Assembly (NCBI RefSeq): GCF_001194135.2
Contig: NC_069005.1
Location: 30,030,224-30,088,353 of the forward strand
Direction of reading: 5' to 3'
From: Octopus bimaculoides
Lineage: Eukaryota
Length of the DNA stretch: 58,130 nucleotides
Position 1 is the stretch's first letter; every line of letters starts with the position of its first letter. Positions 48,649 through 58,130 of the stretch are shown piece after piece. The translations under genes and the position numbers were made by a program. The notes beneath the pieces were generated by a model, which saw only the letters and a program-made list of their open reading frames with translations, was not told the DNA's origin and did not search any database.

Positions 48649-49119
48649 GTAAGCTCACCTCTTTTTGTTCCTTCTTCTTTCTTAAACTTTCTTGTACCTT
48701 CTTCTTTCTACAGTTAGAAAACTTTCTACTGGTCATTTTGTAATATATATATATATATACAATATATTATATATTAACAAACGTGTTAAGCTTCCATTCT
48801 TGCTCTTCTGTTTTTTACTTCAGAAAGTCAACTTCTAGAAAATTCTATCTTTTAGTGTTTTAAATATTACATATCATAGATCTTTTTGTCTTGTCTTCTT
48901 TCTCTTATTTCTTTCTGTTGTATTTTGCTTCTTCATTCCAAAAAAAAGCATTAATCTTCATCTTTAATCCTCAAGTGTTAATCATCATATTTATACTTCT
49001 TTGTGAAACATCATCTTTAATCTTCAACCTTATTCATCGTTAATCATCATGCTTAAACATTATCTTTAATCCATGTGTTTAATCTTGGACTTTTACCCTC
49101 GTTTTTAAATACTTTGTTG

Positions 49120-49207
49120 TTAATCTTCAGCTGTAATCCTCATATTTAATCTTCAGCGGTAATCCTCATATTTAATCTTCAGCTTTAATCCTCATATTTA
49201 ATCTTCA
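49120..49207. repeat. 26-bp tandem repeat (3+ copies) within a degenerate TTAATC-rich tract, 48950-49320
   Basis: ttaatcttcagc(tg/gg/tt)taatcctcatat three times. Confidence 0.85.
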
Positions 49208-49823
49208 TTGTTTATCCACATCTATAATTATCTTCATTAATCATCACCTTTAAATCTCATCTTTAATCTTCAGCTTTTATCCTTGTCTTTAATCCTCATC
49301 TTTAATAATTAATCATCCTCTCGAATCTTTCCTGATGTGAGCTGATATTTTCCTTTAAAATATGTATCATTCTGTATCTTGTACATCTTTGTCCATGTCA
49401 CCCGTTTTAACTATTAATTCCGAAATAACTGCGATGTTGGTTTATATTAATCCCTCTAATCCTTTCTTGTTTATGATGATTCTCTAATCAATTCAGCTTC
49501 CTGTTAATCCTTACCTTGTTATTGTTCTCTTCTCATCATACTGAGATTCCCCAAGTTTTTTTGTTTTTTATATTTTGTTGTTTTTTTACTTTTTAAATTC
49601 TTCGACCATGTTAAAGAAACCAGAGTTTCACATTGGTCAATACCAATTCCTGTGGAAACTGTTAGGTCTGATAAATTTTGAGCTTTTGATAAATTCCTCT
49701 CAAAGGAGTCAGGATGTCTCTACATATTTTTGGATTCAGTTTGAAAGATTCTCGAAGTGAATTTGTGTGTTGAAACAAATCTTCTGGTAACTAGGAAGGG
49801 TTGTTATGCCAGTAATTGTTAAA

Positions 49824-50126
49824 CACATGCACTGGTTCATTACCACTTCTTTATTTTACCAACTAACTATTCAATGTTTGTTTTTTTAATATGTTGATTG
49901 AACAACCAATCAGTTGTTAGTTTTCTCAGTCAGAGTCCTTTCATTGCTATTTGCAACCTCATCAGTGGCATGCCCTCACTCTTCAAGGTTATTGCTGAGG
50001 TCATAAATAATGAAGATAGGAGTCTGACTGAGATTACTAACAACAGACTGATTGTTCAATCAACACACTAAGCAAACCATTAAACAGTTGGTAAAATAAA
50101 GAAGTGTTACTGAACCAGTGTATGTG
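49824..50126. repeat. Long imperfect inverted repeat (~115-bp arms, ~72-nt spacer)
   Basis: cacatgcactggttcattaccacttctttattttaccaact...tgttgattgaacaa...gttgttag..tctcagtcagagtcct (49824-49942) matches the reverse complement of 50015-50126. Confidence 0.9.
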
Positions 50127-51000
50127 CTTAATTTTTTTTTACATAATGACCCTCCCTAGACACAAGATTTGTCTTTCCATAGTCAGCAAGAAATTATAAC
50201 CAAATTTCTCTCAAAACTCCCTCAAATCTCACCTGTCTATCATTAAAAGAGAGAGAGAGTGAGAGACATATTATGCTGCCCAAGATGCATTCTGTAAAAT
50301 ATAAGATAGAATGTTTGTGGCTGTTGCATCTCTGAATTGTAAGTCTTCTGGATCAGGGTTGTGTAAACCAATCTTTGACACTGCAGAGCTTTTCTTAATG
50401 TCCGTGCTTAGTAATTTTAAAGTAAGAGTTAGTCCACACAATTTGATCATTAGACTTGGAGATTTGGCCAGCGTGGCTCAGCAGATTGCCCTGCCTCTTT
50501 TTCTGACCATCAAATCCACAATGTTTTGGGACAAGAGTGGTAGAGCCCAACAGGACATCTATCTTTTTGTCATGACTACATAGGCATCAACAACAGTTAG
50601 CAAAAGCATAGTACTTATTACCTAGTCATGCTCTCTTACCAGTGATGCTATGTTCTTTATTTTTTACTTTTACCCATAATTCCATACTTATCAATTTCTA
50701 CAGGAATCGGTACCTTCAGATCTTCAGACTGACTGTGTATTGAATGAATCAAAAGTTCCAGCAAGAACAAATCTCATTTCCCTTCTCTCTTTTTTTTTTT
50801 TTTTAAAGTTCTTTTCAGATTTAACTCCAACTTATATTAACAGACTGCTTGCTTTCTCTCTCTCTTTCTCAACATTCCAGCATTTACTCAGTTCATTTAC
50901 TTTCTCTGTCAGACAATAGCTTAATTCTACACATCCACATATTTTATATATGTATATACATGTACATATAAGTATATATATATATATATATATGCATCTG

Positions 51001-51033
<33 letters not shown>

Positions 51034-51276
51034 NNNNNNNNNNNNNNNNNNNNNNNNNNNNNNNNNNNNNNNNNNNNNNNNNNNNNNNNNNNNNNNNNNN
51101 NNNNNNNNNNNNNNNNNNNNNNNNNNNNNNNNNNNNNNNNNNNNNNNNNNNNNNNNNNNNNNNNNNNNNNNNNNNNNNNNNNNNNNNNNNNNNNNNNNNN
51201 NNNNNNNNNNNNNNNNNNNNNNNNNNNNNNNNNNNNNNNNNNNNNNNNNNNNNNNNNNNNNNNNNNNNNNNNNNNN

Positions 51277-51316
<40 letters not shown>

Positions 51317-51787
51317 TGCATACATACATACATATGTGTGTGTATGTGTTTATTATATCAAAAGTTGGCAGTCAGCTTTGTGCTTTGCCCTGATCTGGGC
51401 TGTCAAATTGGCAGAGTCATGAGAACATTGGTTATAATGTCATGTGTTGTTCTAGCTCTCTGCAGCCGGAGTTCAAATCATGCTTTTGAAGCTTGATAAA
51501 TAAACTACAAGTTCAGGAGAGTGGACAGCTAGAATGTTAGAATGTTGAATGAAAAGTCTTGTGATGTCTACTTTGACTTTGTGCATCCTGAGTTCAAATG
51601 CTATTTCTTGTCACTGAATGAGAACAAAAAAAAAATAATAATAATAAACAAATTCTTCGAGATACAGCAAAACTGTTGAAGGGTTTAGAATGTCCTCCAG
51701 TATTTCAGCTGATCACTTCAGTACCTTCACACTAGCTAGCCAGAGAGAACACACGAGGACTTTCAATCCTCAGCACTCATCAATCGA

Positions 51788-51825
<38 letters not shown>

Positions 51826-52782
51826 TAGTATTTTATAAATAACCCTGAGAGGAATAATATGGTGTGTGTCTTTTCTGATGATTGCTGGAATTATCTTAAC
51901 TCCTAGAATGAAACTGATTGATAAAGTGGTTGATGTGTAGGGGAGTGTATGCATACATAATTGTATGTATGTGTGCATATACATGTATTGTTTGTATGGG
52001 TATGTGTGTATGTATATATATATATTATACATAACCCACCCACACAGAAATGGACATAGATAATTTAGCATTGTCAGATTTCATTCAAACTGTTGCTGGA
52101 GCACTCTTGCAAATTTGTCTGGTGGTCTGCCGATGCCAAATCTATAGCAGCAGCTGCTGCAATCTGTTGCAGTAGCTACACTGGAATAATCATGCTGTCA
52201 TTGTAGCCACTACATCACTGCAACGGTAATGTTACCACCCATGTCCTTGCTGTTGTTGTTTTTTTGGCTTTTTTTTTTTTGTGGGGTGTCGATGCTTCTC
52301 TTGGCCAAAATCTTTAAGTCCTCCGCTTCCTGTTTCCTTTATATTCCTCTACAGAGTTCACATTTACTAACTCAACTGAACCATTTCACAGCAATTTCTA
52401 GTCAGGGTTTCAAATCTCTTGGCTTGCAGCTATCTATCCTTTCAAACCTATACATACATATTTATATAATTATATCATCAATTGGAATTTTCTCGTGAAA
52501 TTATTTGTATTTTTAAAAGATAATTATCTTTTACATCTTTTGTTAATTCAAATTGATAAAACTGAGATGATTTCATAAAAACTTTTAAGTACTGGGGGAA
52601 GGTGGAGTGGCTTTCATTCCCCCCACACAATTGCTTGGGTGTGGGTCAGCTTATCCTTCCATTCTTTTGAGGTCGCTAAAAGTTCAGGGGTTTACCTAAA
52701 TCAATATACTGCACTCCTGTCCCTAAATGTACTAAACTTAGAATAATAATAATAATTATTATTATTATTAAAGCTTAAGGCA

Positions 52783-52940
52783 GTGAGCTGGCAGAATCGT
52801 TAGCACACGGGGCAAAATGCTTAGCAGCATTCATTTGTCTTTATGTTCTAAGTTCAAATTCCACCGAGGTCAACTTTGCCTTTCAGAGTTGATAAAATAA
52901 GTACCAGTTGAGAGTTGGGGTTGATGTAATGGACTTAGAC
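52783..52940 (+). mobile_element. SINE family A
   Basis: gtgagctggcagaatcgttagcacacggggcaaaatgcttagcagc...aagttcaaattccaccgaggtcaactttgcc...gataaaataagtaccagtt. Confidence 0.85.
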
Positions 52941-53719
52941 TATGGATTTTATCCAACCATCTCATTCTACCCCTTGGTCCCCTATTAGTTTACTCAGCCT
53001 AAAGAATCTTTCTTGAGGTTCTTTCCAGAAAGGTTCTAATCACATGTCCATAGTACTGGGGTTGTGACCTCTCAATCAAGAGAAGTAGTGGTTCAACTTG
53101 GAGAGGCTCCCTGATCTCCACCTTGTCAAGTAACGGTACTCCAGAGATCCTTCAAAGGAACCTTATTTCAGCTACTTCTATTCAGCACCATGCTCTTTTT
53201 CGTCATTCCTCAACATTCATGAACATAGATGAGGATATGCATGAAAACTGAAGATAGCAAATTCTTTTTTTTTTTTTTTTTTTTTTTTNNNNNNNNNNNN
53301 NNNNNNNNNNNNNNNNNNNNNNNNNNNNNNNNNNNNNNNNNNNNNNNNNNNNNNNNNNNNAAAAAAAAAAAAAAAAAAAAGCAAAAACATTTGAAAGTAA
53401 AAATGGCTTGTACCAAAGAAAATTTCCATCTGTTTATGTAAATATATAAATATATCATCCTAACCATGGCTTGTCATGTTTCCAGCATGTCTGTGTTCCC
53501 AATTTTTTTCTGTATTTTTTTCTGTGCCTTAATATTTGTTCAATGTTGTCTTACTCAAATCTTTTTCTTTCACTCTCCTCTCATTCGTTCGTTCATTCCC
53601 TCCCTCACTCACTCATATTATATCAATTTATTAAAAAATAATATTTGTAATTTTCAAGGCTGTTAACCTCATCTTTACTGTGTATATTTTACAATATTTT
53701 CAACATCACATTTTCACTG

Positions 53720-54130
53720 ACTCAGAATCCAGTCACCACGAATACAAACGGCAGAAATGGCGTTCCTCCAAAGGATCTCTGGATTAACATTACTCAAGCA
53801 TAGTTCAGAGATCAGGGAGTCTCTCCATACCGAGCTGCCATTTCTCTGCTTTGGGAGGTCACAACTCCAGTACCATGAACATGCCATTAGAATAATGCAG
53901 CAAAGAATCGCAAAACAGATTCTTCAAGCTGAACCAACAGGCAGAAGAACTAGGGGTAGATCAAGAACAAGTTGGTTGGATAATATCCATAGCTTCAACT
54001 GGTATTGCTTGGGAATCCAGCTAGAATGTGTCTCAATGGTTCCTTCTGATAGCATATTGTGGAGGAGGTACCTATGGATTCTGCTCCTGTGACCCACCCA
54101 GGAATAATTATGGAGAAGAGGAATAAATGA
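53720..54130 (+). mobile_element. RTE-clade LINE 3' fragment (post-RT C-terminus)
   Basis: The frame reads RIQTAEMAFLQRISGLTLL...IRESL...RIAKQILQAEPTGRRTRGRSRTSWLDNI, matching the RTE-type EM-FLR-I-G...G-R-RGRP---W-D pattern. It is distinct from the 15796 fragment. Confidence 0.85.
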
Positions 54131-54348
54131 TGGTTGTCTTATTCCTTGATGTGTGTCCAGGCTGCTAAACTAAGAAGTTTCTGTTTTCTTATTAAAAGTA
54201 GAAATGATCCTGTCTGCTGACCATTATACTTGGTTTAGATAAAAAGATCAGGAACCAATGTTTGTATTAACAAATAACACATCAGATTACAATAGGTGGT
54301 TGTAGTGCTGATGTAAATATCATAACAAAAGAATAAAGTGTAGATATA

Positions 54349-54573
54349 CAGGGTTGGCCAACAGTAAATCAAAATTCCATAAATACTTAATATTCAATTT
54401 TATTTATTCATTCCAATTATGAATGTTTATTAATTGAACGCTGTGAGTTAAAATCAGTTTTTTTTTTCAACATTTGTCTATTTATTAGTGAAGTCTCATA
54501 AAATAATGTTTTGTTTTAATCTTAGAATTAAATGGGTTTTGATTTACTGTCAGGTGACTTTTGGCCAACCGTG
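54349..54573. mobile_element. Tc1/mariner-type MITE with TA target duplication
   Basis: TA|CAGGGTTGGCCAA at the left and TTGGCCAACCGTG|TA at the right (1 mismatch). The inner cagtaaatcaaaa and ttttgatttactg also pair, with a ~10-nt deletion in the left TIR. Confidence 0.85.
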
Positions 54574-54937
54574 TATAATGAGGTGGTGTAGATATATTAT
54601 AATGGTAGCGGGGGACATAGTGTGGACATAAATATTATAATGATGAGTGCTATAGTGTAGATGTATATAATGAGGTGGGTGTAGATTATGAGGGGTGTAG
54701 ATATAAATAAATATTGTAAATATACACTAAAAAAAACAAGGTTAATTAGTTTGGAAATTTACAAATTTATTAATAATAACTCATCTCAGACTTTTAATTA
54801 TTTCTACTTGTTTAGTGTTGCACTTCTGGTTTGATATTTGTTGTTCTCATTGTTGTTGTTGCTTTTGTTAGTTGAACACTTTTTGTTGTTTTTCTTTAAT
54901 ATATTATTATTATTATCATTATTATAGTAATAGTTTA

Positions 54938-55770
54938 GTAGAATCATTAGAGTGACAGACAAAACATAGATCAAATCCCACTGAGGTTGATTTTGCCTTT
55001 CATCCTTTCAGGGGCAATATAAAGTACCGGTCGGTCACTGGGGGGAAGCGATGTAATCACCTTCCCTTTAAAATTGTTGACCTTTTGCCAAACTTTGAAG
55101 CTGGCAGAACTATTAGCAAGCTGGACAAAACGTTTAGCAGCAGTTTGTCCAGTTTTGTGTTCTGAGTTCAAATTCCACCAAGGTTGACTTTGCTTTTCAA
55201 TCTTTCAGAATTGATAAAATAAGTACCAGTTGAGTTCTGGGGTTGATGTAATCGACTTAGCCCCTTCCCTCAAAATTGCTGGTCTTGTGTCTACAGTCAA
55301 ATGGATTATTATTATTATTATTATTATTATCATTATTATTTCTCTTTTGCTCAGTAGAAAGGATTATTATTATTAAGCATGCCGGGCAAAATGCTTAGCA
55401 GCATTTCGTCTGCCTTGACATTCTGAGTTCAAATTTTGCCAAGGTCGACTTTGCCTTTCACCCTTTCAGGGTCGATAAATTAAGTACCAGTCAAGTACTG
55501 GAGTCAATGTGATCGATTTACCCCCTCCCCACAAATTTCAGGCCTTGTGCCTTTATTAGAAAGGATTATTATTACTGTGAAGATACTGTATTGGCAGGAT
55601 CAGTGGAGCAACAGACAGAATACTGTACTGATATTTTATTGAGTGACTCTTCTATGTTCTTAACTCAAATTCTACCAAGGTCAACCTTGTCTTTCATTCT
55701 TCCACTGATTAATGAAATAAGGTACTAGTCAAGCATTAGATCGATTAAGTTCCTTTTAAGGCCTTGCATC
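54938..55770 (+). mobile_element. Cluster of four head-to-tail SINE family A copies
   Basis: Copies at about 54938-55099, 55099-55305, 55376-55572 and 55590-55770, each with the gagg/aaggt(c/t)(g/a)a.ttt...aagtacc core; (ATT)n spacers. Confidence 0.8.
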
Positions 55771-55789
55771 TATTAAACACACATATGGC

Positions 55790-56075
55790 ATCCATACCAG
55801 TGGCATGTAAAAGGCACCCTTTGAACACTAGGCCTCACAGATGTGATGACAAGTGACCGAGACCTTTGGTGATGTGCCATGTTTGAGAAGACTCGTCAAG
55901 CCAAATGAAATCATAGTTGTGACCAATGCTGGTGCCACGTAACTGGCATCTGTGCTGGTGGCACATTAAGTGCACCCATTAAAATCAGATTAGAACTTGG
56001 TGCAGCTCTCCAGTTTACCAGTCAAACCGTTTAGCCCATGCCAGCATGGAAAGCAGATGCTAAATGATGTAGATG
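55790..56075 (+). mobile_element. Family D (RTE-associated) 3' tail, long copy
   Basis: gtggcatgtaaaaggcaccc...ggtgccacgtaactggcat...tcaaaccgtttagcccatgccagcatggaaagcagatgctaaatgatg; its 5' motif matches the end of the RTE fragment at about 16095. Confidence 0.75.
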
Positions 56076-56460
56076 ATACAGTGGAACTTTGGTTTATGGA
56101 TTCAAGTTGTTCTTGAAGGAACAAATTTGTCACCTGAAATGTTCACTGACTGAAACTTTTAATCCCACAAGAAATTCAAGAGAAGGCAGAGCAAAGACTG
56201 GACAGTAGCTGATGCTCCCCAGCTTGTTGCTTGCTGCCTTGTGTGTTCTTTACTCAATTCACTGTTCATCACCCAAGACGTTTTATGTTTGAAAAATTGT
56301 TCATAAACTGCAGTTTCCAGCTGCCAGATTTTTCTCGAGGCATTTCTCTATCCATGGTTGTAGTCAGAGATACCAACTGACAATGTCCATGCAGTGGAGG
56401 TAACCTCCAAACTATTTAGTTTTAAAGCAGACTTCTTAACTACGTGGCCATAACTGCATG

Positions 56461-56503
<43 letters not shown>

Positions 56504-56665
56504 TCATTGAAAAATGAATGCAAACTGTAGTGGGGAGGAAGAATAGTGAATTAACCTAATAATTCTATATTTTAATTGTTAATTAATTAACTTACTAATT
56601 AATGTTTCAAAATTTTAAGTAATCATTGGTAAATATTTTGTCCATCCATCAATCTATGTATCTAT

Positions 56666-57509
56666 TTTTCTATCTGCTTTTTCCTATACCTACTTCAGTC
56701 TCTCTCTCTTTTTCTCTCTCATAATAATTTATACCAGTCTTAGAAATGTCTTTATATTTAATTTTTTTTTCATTTATTTTTGCCTATTTTCAATGTTGCA
56801 TGTAATTGTTGTANNNNNNNNNNNNNNNNNNNNNNNNNNNNNNNNNNNNNNNNNNNNNNNNNNNNNNNNNNNNNNNNNNNNNNNNNNNNNNNNNNNNNNN
56901 NNNNNNNNNNNNNNNNNNNNNNNNNNNNNNNNNNNNNNNNNNNNNNNNNNNNNNNNNNNNNNNNNNNNNNNNNNNNNNNNNNNNNNNNNNNNNNNNNNNN
57001 NNNNNNNNNNNNNNNNNNNNNNNNNNNNNNNNNNNNNNNNNNNNNNNNNNNNNNNNNNNNNNNNNNNNNNNNNNNNNNNNNNNNNNNNNNNNNNNNNNNN
57101 NNNNNNNNNNNNNNNNNNNNNNNNNNNNNNNNNNNNNNNNNNNNNNNNNNNNNNNNNNNNNNNNNNNNNNNNNNNNNNNNNNNNNNNNNNNNNNNNNNNN
57201 NNNNNNNNNNNNNNNNNNNNNNNNNNNNNNNNNNNNNNNNNNNNNNNNNNNNNNNNNNNNNNNNNNNNNNNNNNNNNNNNNNNNNNNNNNNNNNNNNNNN
57301 NNNNNNNNNNNNNNNNNNNNNNNNNNNNNNNNNNNNNNNNNNNNNNNNNNNNNNNNNNTTTTTCTATCTGCTTTTTCCTATACCTACTTCAGTCTCTCTC
57401 TCTTTTTCTCACTCTCATAATAATTTATACCAGTCTTAGAAATGTCTTTATATTTTGTTTTTTTTTCATTTATTTTTGCCTATTTTCAATGTTGCATGTA
57501 ATTGTTGTA
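56666..57509. other. Near-identical ~150-bp direct duplication flanking the gap 56814-57358
   Basis: 56666-56813 and 57359-57509 differ only by small changes (ctctctcata versus ctcactctcata; atttaatttt versus attttgtttt). Confidence 0.85.
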
Positions 57510-58086
57510 ATTGATGTTGTATGCTATATATATAAACACATGCACACACATGCACTTACACATCTACTCACATATGCATGCACACAGCACATTACACAAT
57601 CGTTCACACATATATTCACTCACATGCACATTCAAACTCTCGCTTTCACACACACATACACATACATATTGAACACATGCACACAAATCCACTCATACAG
57701 ACACAATATACATATCCATTCATACGCAATAAACACAGTGCACACACACACAGATGAGTAAACGAGAAAAGTCTCTACATTGATGCTCAACATTGGTAGA
57801 AATAAGAGCCAAATCGCCTTTGAACTGTAACCTTGTGTCTTAACAAAAGGATGGACACACGTATGCGAAAAGATTGGATAACCACGACTGGAATGACTGG
57901 TTGTAGGCCTGCTTGATTTCGGTTGACCTGGGGTTAAATGCTTGCCAACATCTACACACATCCATATATGTATATACATACATATACTCAAATGCAGACA
58001 TTTACACATTTACATGCATGTACACTTACACAGACAATTTTATGTAAATTATCAGATATTCTATTCATAACAAATTAAGTCTCATA

Positions 58087-58130
<44 letters not shown>

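Larger units (their letters stand above)
1..58130. repeat. Pervasive microsatellites (CA/TG, TA, ATT, ACC, CAT, CT) and N gaps, mostly at microsatellite edges
   Basis: Main gaps: 2095-2194, 3390-3809, 6458-6528, 7210-7413, 8718-8920, 12191-13052, 15242-15687, 33672-34531, 51034-51276, 53289-53360 and 56814-57358. Confidence 0.95.

Noticed and set aside
48942-49043. Hydrophobic frame KKALIFIFNPQVLIIIFILLC… as the missing TM exon
   Set aside because: There is no AG acceptor in the right phase before the KK, and the sequence is part of the degenerate TTAATC repeat tract.
53466-53666. Hydrophobic ORF (…VFPIFFCIFFCALIFVQCCL…) as the TM exon
   Set aside because: The hydrophobicity comes from T-rich low complexity. 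It lacks the basic KK-I start of syntaxin TM exons, and the nearby cag acceptor would enter a different frame.
5000-56000. tRNA-like A/B boxes as tRNA genes
   Set aside because: They are SINE heads: no complete cloverleaf, and each continues into shared SINE core sequence.
1992-58009. Dozens of ORFs rich in HT, CV, YI, poly-T, poly-I or X
   Set aside because: These are translations of (CA)n, (TA)n, (ACC)n and (ATT)n tracts, minisatellites or N gaps, with no splice context or protein-family signal.

Overview
AT-rich, microsatellite-dense, gapped eukaryotic genomic DNA, inferred to be coleoid cephalopod and probably Octopus (from the protein sequence and the SINE/LINE/MITE content). It holds six consecutive + strand coding exons of a syntaxin-1 gene, equivalent to vertebrate STX1A exons 4-9: 13114-13188, 16437-16510, 29076-29184, 46267-46340, 46644-46781 and 48538-48648. 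All introns are GT-AG. The exons splice in frame to (x)[193 protein letters not shown], covering the Hb/Hc helices, the linker and the Qa-SNARE motif. I did not find the N-terminal exons or the transmembrane exon; they lie outside the window or in N gaps. The rest is intron, filled with three tRNA-derived SINE families, RTE-LINE fragments and tails, mariner, hAT, piggyBac-like and Helentron-like non-autonomous elements, and mini/microsatellites. Almost all other listed ORFs are repeat or gap artefacts. The leads most worth testing are RNA-level: a ~510-nt foldback in intron 6, hairpins around exon 9 (one covering AATAAA/ATTAAA), competing inverted SINEs around exons 4-5, a candidate 10-nt poison microexon, proximal acceptors that would give TM-less syntaxin, a possible decayed copy of the SNARE exon, and an intronic CpG/CArG/CCAAT cluster. 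All are hypotheses from sequence alone, and repeat boundaries are approximate unless a TSD or TIR is given.
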